Assembly: GCA_016871535.1 (NCBI GenBank)
Contig: VHCZ01000005.1
Location: 530-64,529 of the forward strand
Direction: 5' to 3'
Length of the DNA: 64,000 bases
Origin: Verrucomicrobiota bacterium
GTDB lineage: Bacteria; Verrucomicrobiota; Verrucomicrobiia; Limisphaerales; SIBE01
Positions 40,857-48,376 of this stretch are shown here, one piece after another (positions within the stretch are counted from its first letter, which is position 1; the number at the start of each line of letters is the position of its first letter). The translations under genes were made by a program, and so were the position numbers. The notes below the pieces were generated by a model that was not told where the DNA came from, made no database searches, and worked only from the letters and a program-made list of their open reading frames with translations.

Positions 40857-40872
40857 AGCAAGTTGCGCGCCA
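40857..40872 (-). promoter_or_regulatory. sigma54 promoter TGGCGCGCAACTTGCT (read on the - strand)
   Basis: One mismatch to TGGCACG-N4-TTGCW with exact GG-N10-GC spacing. It lies in the 198-nt gap upstream of the first B12-rSAM gene (ATG at 40819), ~38 nt upstream of the ATG. Confidence 0.6.
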
Positions 40873-41017
40873 CGGAATTGAAGCCCCATTTCTACTTCCG
40901 AAACCCAAGAATGCACCATGTTGGGCGTCTTGGGTCGCCCGCCCTGGGAATAATATTCCGCCCTGCGGACGAAATTGTCCCGGGGCCAGTCGGATGGGAA
41001 GCCGGCCTGCTGAAAAG

Positions 41018-41800
41018 TTAGCGCCTCACAAATACCGTGTTCAGGCTGTCCTCATACGGACTCCCCGCTAGTTGCCGGCTCGAATGGTCGGTGAAGTCCG
41101 TGATTCTTACAAATCCGAGGCGCAGCAGCAGATTCGCGATCGGATCCGAGTCTCCCTTCTTCTTGGAGACTTCGACCAGGACAGAGCGGAGGCGCGGGTC
41201 GAACAGAGTGGAAAGCGCGCCCTGGAATACCTTTTCCTCCAGGCCGTCCACATCCACTTTGAGATGATTCGGGAATTTGAACCCCCATTGCTTCCAGAGA
41301 AAATCCAAATCGACGCCCACAGTGCCCTGGCAATGGACCGGCTGGAATTCATGACCGCAGCAATCCTGCGTAGTCCCAAAGCTGTGCAGCGCGGCGCCGC
41401 TGAGCAGTTGCGCGCCCTTTCCTTCTGTAAAACTGAACTGCTGGGGATGGATGTTCAGTCGGTCAAAACAGAGCCTGTCTGCGATCGCCACGTTGCAGGG
41501 GAGGATGCAGTTCGAGAGCCCGTTCAGGTAGATGTTCTTGCTTAACTGCGCGTAATTCAGCGCCTCAGGTTCAAACGCGTAAATCGAGCAGTTCCCGTTC
41601 AGGACTCGAGCCGCGTAAAGGGAATATTGACCAATGTTCGCCCCGACGTCGTACATCGTGTCGCCGGGCCGAAAAAGGCGTTCAATCCACTCCAGAGTTT
41701 CCGGTTCCTTCGTCCCGAACGTGTTGGCTCGAAAATCCTCGATCGGTGAATCGACACAAAGCCGGATGGAGTGGCCTTTGACAATACAGGTTTTGATCAT
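41018..41800 (-). CDS. FkbM-family SAM-dependent methyltransferase
   Basis: PGDTMYDVGANIGQYSLYAARVLNGNCSIYAFEPEALNYAQLSKNI is the typical FkbM motif (DVGANiG.ys...v.aFEP). Confidence 0.85.
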   Translation of the reverse strand: MIKTCIVKGHSIRLCVDSPIEDFRANTFGTKEPETLEWIERLFRPGDTMYDVGANIGQYSLYAARVLNGNCSIYAFEPEALNYAQLSKNIYLNGLSNCILPCNVAIADRLCFDRLNIHPQQFSFTEGKGAQLLSGAALHSFGTTQDCCGHEFQPVHCQGTVGVDLDFLWKQWGFKFPNHLKVDVDGLEEKVFQGALSTLFDPRLRSVLVEVSKKKGDSDPIANLLLRLGFVRITDFTDHSSRQLAGSPYEDSLNTVFVRR

Positions 41801-41806
41801 AGCAAT

Positions 41807-42907
41807 TTAGCTGGCTTCCAGCTCGCACAGCAGGTGCTGAAGACACTCGGCGAACTCGATCATCAAGCCGGGCGGACCCAGGGTGACCCGAATGCAACCG
41901 GAGATACAGGCTGAATCGAAAGGTCCTTTCACCAGGTAACCTTGCTCCTTCAGACGAAGGACCAGTTGCTTCGGGCTTACGAGGTGGGCCACACGGATCA
42001 ACATGAAGTTCGTGCTGGTCGGGAGAGGAATCAACCCCATCTCAGTCAGGCGCTTCGCCAATAGACGCGCCGCGGAGTGAACTTCATTCTTATAGGCTTC
42101 GACTATTTCCGGATGATCCAGAATCAGTCTTGCACAAAGCATCGCCATACTGTTCACGTCGTGGGCTGATCGCACCTTGAACAGGCTTTCGGTGATTTCG
42201 GATGCCGCCGCCACCCAACCAATCCTCAGCCCGGCTAACCCGCACGCCTTCGAAAACGTTCGAAGGATGAGCAGATGTGGGTGCTCGCGGACAGACGGAA
42301 GATTGGTCACATCGGAAAATGGGTAATAGGCCTCGTCAACCGCCACCAGAGCCCCCGCGCGAATCGCTCGGTCGAGCACGCCGAGAACGGTGTCCGGCTT
42401 GAGAATTGTGCCGGTAGGCTGATTTGGATTGGCGAGCACCACCAGTCGAACGCCCGAACCTGCCGCGTCCATGAGCGCCTGCTCGTCCAGGCTGAGATCC
42501 AGATTGAAACCAATCTGAATCGGTAAAGCCTCGAACATTCGGGCATAAATGGGATACATCGCGTAGCTTGGATCAAGCATGAGCACTCGGTCACCCGGGC
42601 TGACGTACGCCTGGAACAACGCCTTGATCGCCGCATCTGATCCGGCCGTTAACAACAGCATCTCTTCCGGCAGGCCCGTCTGGCGGGCCAACTGCGGAAG
42701 CAATTCGTCCTGAAACGGGTAACGCGTGAGCAACTCGCTTGAAACCATCGATCGTATCTTTTCGATGAACCAGCCCGGCAATGGCGAAAGCCGCTCATTT
42801 CGGTCCAAGCAAACGTACCGATGGTGGTCGCTGCCCGGATCGCGAACTCGGCGCAATCCTGCGATAGGGGGCCGGGCGGATAGATCAAAAGCATGCATGC
42901 GCTGCAC
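41807..42907 (-). CDS. class I/II PLP-dependent aminotransferase (HisC-like)
   Basis: LDRNERLSPLP, LANPNQPTGT and RTFSKACGLAGLRIGW (PLP lysine in SK) fit the histidinol-phosphate aminotransferase family pattern. Confidence 0.85.
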   Translation of the reverse strand: MQRMHAFDLSARPPIAGLRRVRDPGSDHHRYVCLDRNERLSPLPGWFIEKIRSMVSSELLTRYPFQDELLPQLARQTGLPEEMLLLTAGSDAAIKALFQAYVSPGDRVLMLDPSYAMYPIYARMFEALPIQIGFNLDLSLDEQALMDAAGSGVRLVVLANPNQPTGTILKPDTVLGVLDRAIRAGALVAVDEAYYPFSDVTNLPSVREHPHLLILRTFSKACGLAGLRIGWVAAASEITESLFKVRSAHDVNSMAMLCARLILDHPEIVEAYKNEVHSAARLLAKRLTEMGLIPLPTSTNFMLIRVAHLVSPKQLVLRLKEQGYLVKGPFDSACISGCIRVTLGPPGLMIEFAECLQHLLCELEAS

Positions 42908-42910
42908 GGG

Positions 42911-44044
42911 TTAAATGACGGTACACCTCTGGCAAGGAGAAAGACTGTTTCGTCGATGCGCCAGGTGAGCTTCGCGATAGGCGCTGTATTTTGGCCCGGT
43001 CCAGAGTGCGGACAAACCTTCGTTCCGGGCGTTCCCTACCTTTAGTGTGGAGAGGTAGTCCACGTCACATGGATTCACCGTTCCGTCGAACCACACGAAC
43101 ATACGCCGCCAAAGATCGGAGCACGGAGTCGAAACATTGTTGACGGGGCGTTGATAGGTGTTCTCCCAGGGATTGTAATCCACAAAAGCGACCTGATCGA
43201 CCAGTTCGCCCCAAAATTTCTCCATTTGATCGAGGTTCTGCGCGGAGTTGTATCGGACCCCTGAAACACGCGTGATCAAGTTCGAAGCAGAGTAGTCACG
43301 CCGCCGTATCTCGAGGAACCGTTCGACGTTGGCCTGAACCCGCTCCAGCTTTCCATTGACCCGCAATTGGCTGTACAGAGGCTCGGCCGCCGCATCCGCC
43401 GAAAACACCAGGGTGTTCGCGCCCGATTGCAGAATGGCGTGCGCCTTTTCCTCGTCCAGGAGTGAGGCGTTCGTGTTGATTTTCAGGCCGAGGAATTTCC
43501 CGCGGACGTAAGCCAGCATTTTGACGATGTCCCGGCAGACCAGAGGTTCTCCCCGCGAGGCCAGCGTGATGGCCTCGCATTTGCCTTCGGCTTCGTCGAT
43601 AATCTTCCGAAACAAATCATAGCTCATCATCCCCATGTGTCCGCCTCGGGCGTCCGTCAAGTGCGAGTCAGTTTGGTAGCAAAATACGCAGCGATAATTG
43701 CAGATCGAAGTCGGTTCGATTTGCAGGCAGGGAGGAAAATCATCCACGGTCCGGCTTTTCGGAAAGACGTCGTACCGGTAACGATAGAACAGATACCGGG
43801 GAAGGTCAGCCTGGGAAACTCGACTCAGTTCCTCCACGACGTGAGGTCGCAAAGAAAAACGATCTGGAGAACTCTCCTCGGAGAGCAGATCACTACAAGC
43901 CTTCTGGACAATGGTGCGACGGTAGTCAGGAAGCTTCAGTTCGCTCCGATCAATCGCCGCGATGCGCTGAAGGATCGCCTGCGGATCGTGGCCTCTCTGG
44001 CGCAGCTCGCGAAGGCTGTCCGCCTTCAAATAAAGTTTGTCCAT
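42911..44044 (-). CDS. radical SAM enzyme with truncated SPASM/twitch-type C-terminal Cys motif
   Basis: EPTSICNYRCVFCYQT (CX3CX2C). C-terminal CX12GX4C (PCSDLWRRMFVWFDGTVNPC) then CQRC at the very end. Start taken at ATG 44044 (M41); the track start 44164 would overlap the upstream gene by 35 nt. Confidence 0.85.
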   Translation of the reverse strand: MDKLYLKADSLRELRQRGHDPQAILQRIAAIDRSELKLPDYRRTIVQKACSDLLSEESSPDRFSLRPHVVEELSRVSQADLPRYLFYRYRYDVFPKSRTVDDFPPCLQIEPTSICNYRCVFCYQTDSHLTDARGGHMGMMSYDLFRKIIDEAEGKCEAITLASRGEPLVCRDIVKMLAYVRGKFLGLKINTNASLLDEEKAHAILQSGANTLVFSADAAAEPLYSQLRVNGKLERVQANVERFLEIRRRDYSASNLITRVSGVRYNSAQNLDQMEKFWGELVDQVAFVDYNPWENTYQRPVNNVSTPCSDLWRRMFVWFDGTVNPCDVDYLSTLKVGNARNEGLSALWTGPKYSAYREAHLAHRRNSLSPCQRCTVI

Positions 44045-44129
44045 GATGACTCTTGTTTGCCTGGAAACACAGTCGCGTACTCCGCTCCAACGCCGACGTG
44101 CATGCGTGATTTGTCGGATGCTTGATTTC

Positions 44130-46112
44130 TTACTGAAGTCTCTGATTGAGTCGCGACAAGACATCGCTAAGTGTGTGGACCCCTGGACTAGTCGCGCTGT
44201 TCATAGGTTCCCTTTGCTTGAGGGAGCGTCCATCCCGACAAACGTTTTTCAGGAACGAAATCACGCGCCGGGCACAGGGCTCACCACCACGATGGAGCAT
44301 GTATTTATTCATGAAAGTCGTCGTGTCGATCCGCCGCAACTCCTCAACAAACGGATGCGGGTCCTTTGCCAGGCGACGCACGGCGTTGATCAGCGCGTCG
44401 TCCGTCTTGCACCACAGGCAAGCGCGCTCCAAGTCTTCGATGAAATGGGGCAAAAGCAGGATTTGCGTGGGATCTAGATAGAGGATTGTTGGCTTGTTCA
44501 GAGCCACGCCTTCGTTGAACGCGTTGCAGCTTGTCGAGTCGCAGATGATGAGGTCGCTTGCGAGCATCAAATTGGCCAGCGATTGATTCGGTTCCACGCT
44601 GATCGAAGGCAATCTGGCCAACTCCAGCCAGCGCGGCGTCGCTTGGGCTGCGAGCTCTCCGGGGAAAGGCCTGTAAATCACACGGAGTTTCGCGGCCTGG
44701 CCCAGGATCTCGAGGCATTTCCTCTGCATGAGGTAACGCTTCGTGTCTTCAAGCGGGCCGTTCGTGTTCTTCAAGGAGACTTCACCAATCCAGAGCGCCG
44801 TTAGAAACGGCAGCGGACCGCGCGAGCTCGAATGCAACCGCAACGCTTCCAATCGAGCCGAGCCAACGGGCACATATTTGGCGCGCGTTGGCAAACATGG
44901 ATTGGGGGGGGGCACGATACCATCCCCGTAACTCAAGAAGTAGTCCGCATGGGCCATCTCAGTAAGGGCATGAGACGGAACGTCGTGCGTGCCATAGCAA
45001 GCTCCGTGCTGATAGCACACCGACGGGATTCCACGTTGGCGTGCGTGAAAGGCCAAGCGTTTTGTGGGAAGCCATGGCATTGCGAAAAAGCACACGGCAT
45101 CTGGCTGGCAAACCTCCAACGCCCGCAGGGCCACGGCGTCTGTATGCCGAACCAGCGTCGGCATCTGCACGACCATGGATTTCAGGTAATTCCGTAGGGC
45201 CGGATAAAGGTCCAGTCCCAACACCTTCAACGTCGGAGGCTCCGGCCGGCTGCGCTCCCAATCATCGAATAACACAGCCAAGTCTGCTAATTCCTTTGCG
45301 GTCACTTTTGGAGGCCCAATCCCCAAGTCGCGACCGCCGTCTTGCCCCACATCGTGGAGAAACGGCTTGTAGTAATACAGCCAGTCCCGCAAGCCGGCGA
45401 AACTCCCTTCGATGGCGAAACACTGGACTTCTGCATCGGCGAGCAGATCGGGCAAAACGGCGGCCCAATCATAGACTCGACTGTGGGCCAGCAAAAGCCT
45501 CAGTTTGGAGGGATTGTAGTGATTTTTTGAATTACCCGGAAGCTCAGAGTCTCTGCGAGCCAAGGAAGGGAGCACGCTCGCAGGATTGGAGGAGCATTGA
45601 AAGGCGCCTTTGAAACCGGACGGGAGGCCCGAACCAGGGTTGGCGCGCCTTCCCTGGAGCACGTCCAACCATGGGTTCTGGGTATATCCGTCATCTTGGA
45701 ACCACGTATTCAACTGCCCCGAAAGAATCGTTACCTGAGAAGGTGAACACGCTCGAATAACTTCACGCATCAAATGCGAACGCGCAGCCACGACCAACAT
45801 TGCGCACCGCAAGTAATAGGCGTTTTCGCTTACGAAGCCCGGCCCGTCAAACCGCGCTAGATCGCAACGTGCCCCGATAAATGTCTCGATCTCCTTTCCA
45901 AGTTCGACGACCTCGTGGCAAAACTGCCGCTCAGCCAGGAGAATCGGTCTGAATTCAGCGTAGGCTGATATTGGCTCGTGCGGCAGGTTCCGCTCCTCGA
46001 GAGCCTGGAGCGCCTCGGCCGTAATCGCGATCAGCCTTGCCGATACATAAGATTTGTCATCCTCCATCCAATTGAGAACCTGCTCGCGATCTTCAAAAAA
46101 GACTAAGTGCAT
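44130..46112 (-). CDS. 660-aa protein of unknown function, possible GT-B-like surface-carbohydrate transferase
   Basis: Long ORF. The C-terminal half pattern (..VCYQHGACYG..., ...LRVIYRPFPGE..., ...LMLASDLIICDSTSCNAFNEGVALNKPTI) resembles capsule/teichoic-type GT-B enzymes and, loosely, the N-terminal domain of the giant ORF. Contains a C9 tract. Confidence 0.6.
   Translation of the reverse strand: MHLVFFEDREQVLNWMEDDKSYVSARLIAITAEALQALEERNLPHEPISAYAEFRPILLAERQFCHEVVELGKEIETFIGARCDLARFDGPGFVSENAYYLRCAMLVVAARSHLMREVIRACSPSQVTILSGQLNTWFQDDGYTQNPWLDVLQGRRANPGSGLPSGFKGAFQCSSNPASVLPSLARRDSELPGNSKNHYNPSKLRLLLAHSRVYDWAAVLPDLLADAEVQCFAIEGSFAGLRDWLYYYKPFLHDVGQDGGRDLGIGPPKVTAKELADLAVLFDDWERSRPEPPTLKVLGLDLYPALRNYLKSMVVQMPTLVRHTDAVALRALEVCQPDAVCFFAMPWLPTKRLAFHARQRGIPSVCYQHGACYGTHDVPSHALTEMAHADYFLSYGDGIVPPPNPCLPTRAKYVPVGSARLEALRLHSSSRGPLPFLTALWIGEVSLKNTNGPLEDTKRYLMQRKCLEILGQAAKLRVIYRPFPGELAAQATPRWLELARLPSISVEPNQSLANLMLASDLIICDSTSCNAFNEGVALNKPTILYLDPTQILLLPHFIEDLERACLWCKTDDALINAVRRLAKDPHPFVEELRRIDTTTFMNKYMLHRGGEPCARRVISFLKNVCRDGRSLKQREPMNSATSPGVHTLSDVLSRLNQRLQ
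44904..44912. repeat. homopolymer G9 (C9 on the coding strand) inside the 660-aa ORF
   Basis: Coding strand reads GTG CCC CCC CCC AAT (V P P P N), at roughly codon 400 of 660. This is the only G/C run longer than 7 nt that I found. Confidence 0.95.
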
Positions 46113-46291
46113 CGTATGGGTGTGTAACTGTCTTGCGCATGCACAGGCGTCCGCTTAACGCTGCGTCTGTTCGCGAAGAATTTAGCAACCCCAGGTTGAA
46201 AGAACAAGTCCGGTTCAACAAGGTTGTTTCTAGTGGCGCATTTCCTTAATGCAACAAGAAGCATACGCCGACTTGGGAAGCACTCGGTGGC

Positions 46292-47398
46292 CTAGCAGCA
46301 GGATTTGCTGCTTTGGTTCGAGCAGCGTGCTGGCGAACTGGAGGCTTGAATAGCGGCAAGCTGGTACCGGGCCCTCAGAGTGTCCAACGCGTCATCAATG
46401 TCTGACTGCTCAGGAAGGCCGAGCATGAACTGGCAGTTGCGGCACGCATCAATGTCGTGTCGTTTGCCAGTGAGGTGTTTCAGGCGAAAATTGAGAAGGT
46501 GTTCTCCTTGCCAGATATCCACAACGGATTCCTTGGAGGCGTTACCGACGACCGTGCCATGGCTCCAGTCAACGCAGCAGACCGAAACGCTCCCATCAAA
46601 ATTGATGGCGATTCCTTTGAACGGTTCTGGACAGGCAATCCGGTTCTTCTTGAGCGGACTTGCGCCACACATCCCGGTTTTGGGCTCTTGACCCAGCGTA
46701 AAGTCTTTGACGTTCGATTTGCTCCATCCCATCATCTCCTCGATGTTGATTTCATCGCAATACTCGGAAAAGTCGTTTAGAAACTTCTGCTTTTCCTCCT
46801 GCGACAACCCAATGTCCAGAATCTTAACGTAAACTCGTAGCTTCACCGACTTTCGAATCTTCTCCAAGTAAAGAGATCTCACGTTTTGCAGAATCGACTC
46901 ATACTTCGTAGCAGTTTGCGTAACTTCCTTGTACCCTGTGTCACTCACGTGTTCGATGGAGATCTTGATATAGTCCAGGCCTGCTTCAATGACTTCGACC
47001 GCCCGATCCGTAGTAAGTAATGATCCGTTTGTGACGGTGCGGATGGATTCGGCGATGCCTTTGTCTTTCGCGTAGGCAATCATTTTGCCGAGTGATTTGT
47101 TCAAAAATGGCTCGCCATCTTTGTGAAGCCACAAAACCTTGACCTTGTCATCGAAACCTGAAACATCGTCGATGATCTTGCAGAAGAGATCCCAACTCAT
47201 CACGCCCTTCGGTCTTTGCACTGAACGCAACAAATCGAAGTCCCCCGTTGGGCAAAAACTGCAACGGAAATTGCACGCATTAGCTGGATCAATCATAATA
47301 CTGAAGGGCGTGCGGAGTGGAAGAACGTCGCTCAGCTTGACCAGGTGAGCACTTACGTTAGCGCGGTACGATTCGACTCGCTCTATTGGATCGGTCAT
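46292..47398 (-). CDS. radical SAM enzyme with truncated SPASM/twitch-type motif (paralog of 42911..44044)
   Basis: DPANACNFRCSFCPTG (CX3CX2C). CX12GX4C (CPEPFKGIAINFDGSVSVC) then CRNC. AGGAGG Shine-Dalgarno 5 nt upstream. The gene and its flanks are visibly more AT-rich than the rest of the island. Confidence 0.88.
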   Translation of the reverse strand: MTDPIERVESYRANVSAHLVKLSDVLPLRTPFSIMIDPANACNFRCSFCPTGDFDLLRSVQRPKGVMSWDLFCKIIDDVSGFDDKVKVLWLHKDGEPFLNKSLGKMIAYAKDKGIAESIRTVTNGSLLTTDRAVEVIEAGLDYIKISIEHVSDTGYKEVTQTATKYESILQNVRSLYLEKIRKSVKLRVYVKILDIGLSQEEKQKFLNDFSEYCDEINIEEMMGWSKSNVKDFTLGQEPKTGMCGASPLKKNRIACPEPFKGIAINFDGSVSVCCVDWSHGTVVGNASKESVVDIWQGEHLLNFRLKHLTGKRHDIDACRNCQFMLGLPEQSDIDDALDTLRARYQLAAIQASSSPARCSNQSSKSCC

Positions 47399-47671
47399 TG
47401 GAAACCTCCTATGGGGGCGGGCTGTTGGCCATACTTAGGTGATTGATAACTTCAAAGTGCGGTAACCAGTTCCTGAATAGACCAGTTGGCTGCCTCGCGG
47501 GTCGTGTGTCCAAGGAATTCAGCAGCAAAACTTGTGAACTTTGTGACACCAGCTCTGCTAAGCGATTTTTGGCCGCAATCACACCGTTTTCTTGGCTTTT
47601 ACGAAATCAAAGCCGCATTTTTGAGGTTCAATGTCTTCCTCAGATTCTAGAGAAGACTTTACTGCGGCGAC

Positions 47672-48376
47672 CTAGACTAGCCCGGACTGTCTTGTCTGCA
47701 AGCGCTCCAGAGTCTGGGTCATAAGTCGCAATTCGGAACAGTCCTCACCCCGTCTCCCCACAATTGTCGCCGGGACGCCAAGAAGCATGGAGTTGTAGGG
47801 GAATTCGCCGCAGACCACCGAGTTGGGACCCACGACCACGCCATCTCCCAGCACTGAACTCATCAAGACATTCACATTGCTGGCCAACCAGACATCCGCG
47901 CCGATGATCACGGGTTCATGATGGTAACCTTGCGCCAGAATGGTTCTTCCCGGTGCGACTCGATGCGTGCCGGCGTTGATGTGGATATAGCTGGAGAATA
48001 AGCAATTCGGGCCAATGAAAACATCGGCACCAGCGTTGATCACCAGATCCTTTCCCACGGCGGTTCGGGTTCCAACTCGGATCGTGGCCTCGCGCGCGGC
48101 TACGATCCGTGCGTCGTTGTCAAAAAGACAATCATCCTCGACCTGGATGGCTCCGTTCTCGCGGTTGCGGAGATCGACCAGGCCCGCGAAGGTCACGTTG
48201 TTTCCGATTCGTATTCGCTTCGGATCACCCTGGAACTTCCACCGAACCTGACCGCCGAACCGCACATTCCGTCCCACGTCAACGCCGAATGACCGCAGGA
48301 CGGTGGACCAAAAGATGGACCTTGCAATCGTGCGTCCGTTCCGAGCCCCATTGAAGACGCGCAGCAAGACGCTCAT
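47672..48376 (-). CDS. left-handed beta-helix (hexapeptide-repeat) acyl/acetyltransferase
   Basis: Hexapeptide-type repeats (IGNNVTFAG, VGKDLVINAGADVFIGPNCLF, IGADVWLASNVNVL, LGDGVVVGPNSVV). Paralogous to the N-terminal domain of the next gene. 4-nt overlap with it. Confidence 0.85.
   Translation of the reverse strand: MSVLLRVFNGARNGRTIARSIFWSTVLRSFGVDVGRNVRFGGQVRWKFQGDPKRIRIGNNVTFAGLVDLRNRENGAIQVEDDCLFDNDARIVAAREATIRVGTRTAVGKDLVINAGADVFIGPNCLFSSYIHINAGTHRVAPGRTILAQGYHHEPVIIGADVWLASNVNVLMSSVLGDGVVVGPNSVVCGEFPYNSMLLGVPATIVGRRGEDCSELRLMTQTLERLQTRQSGLV

Noticed and set aside
44074-44089. Weak sigma54-like matches on the - strand (TGGAGCGGAGTACGCG here, and TGGCCAACAGCCCGCC at 47416-47431)
   Set aside because: Only the GG/GC dinucleotides fit; the -12 TTGC is missing. 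The second match sits only ~15 nt from the ATG. Likely chance matches.
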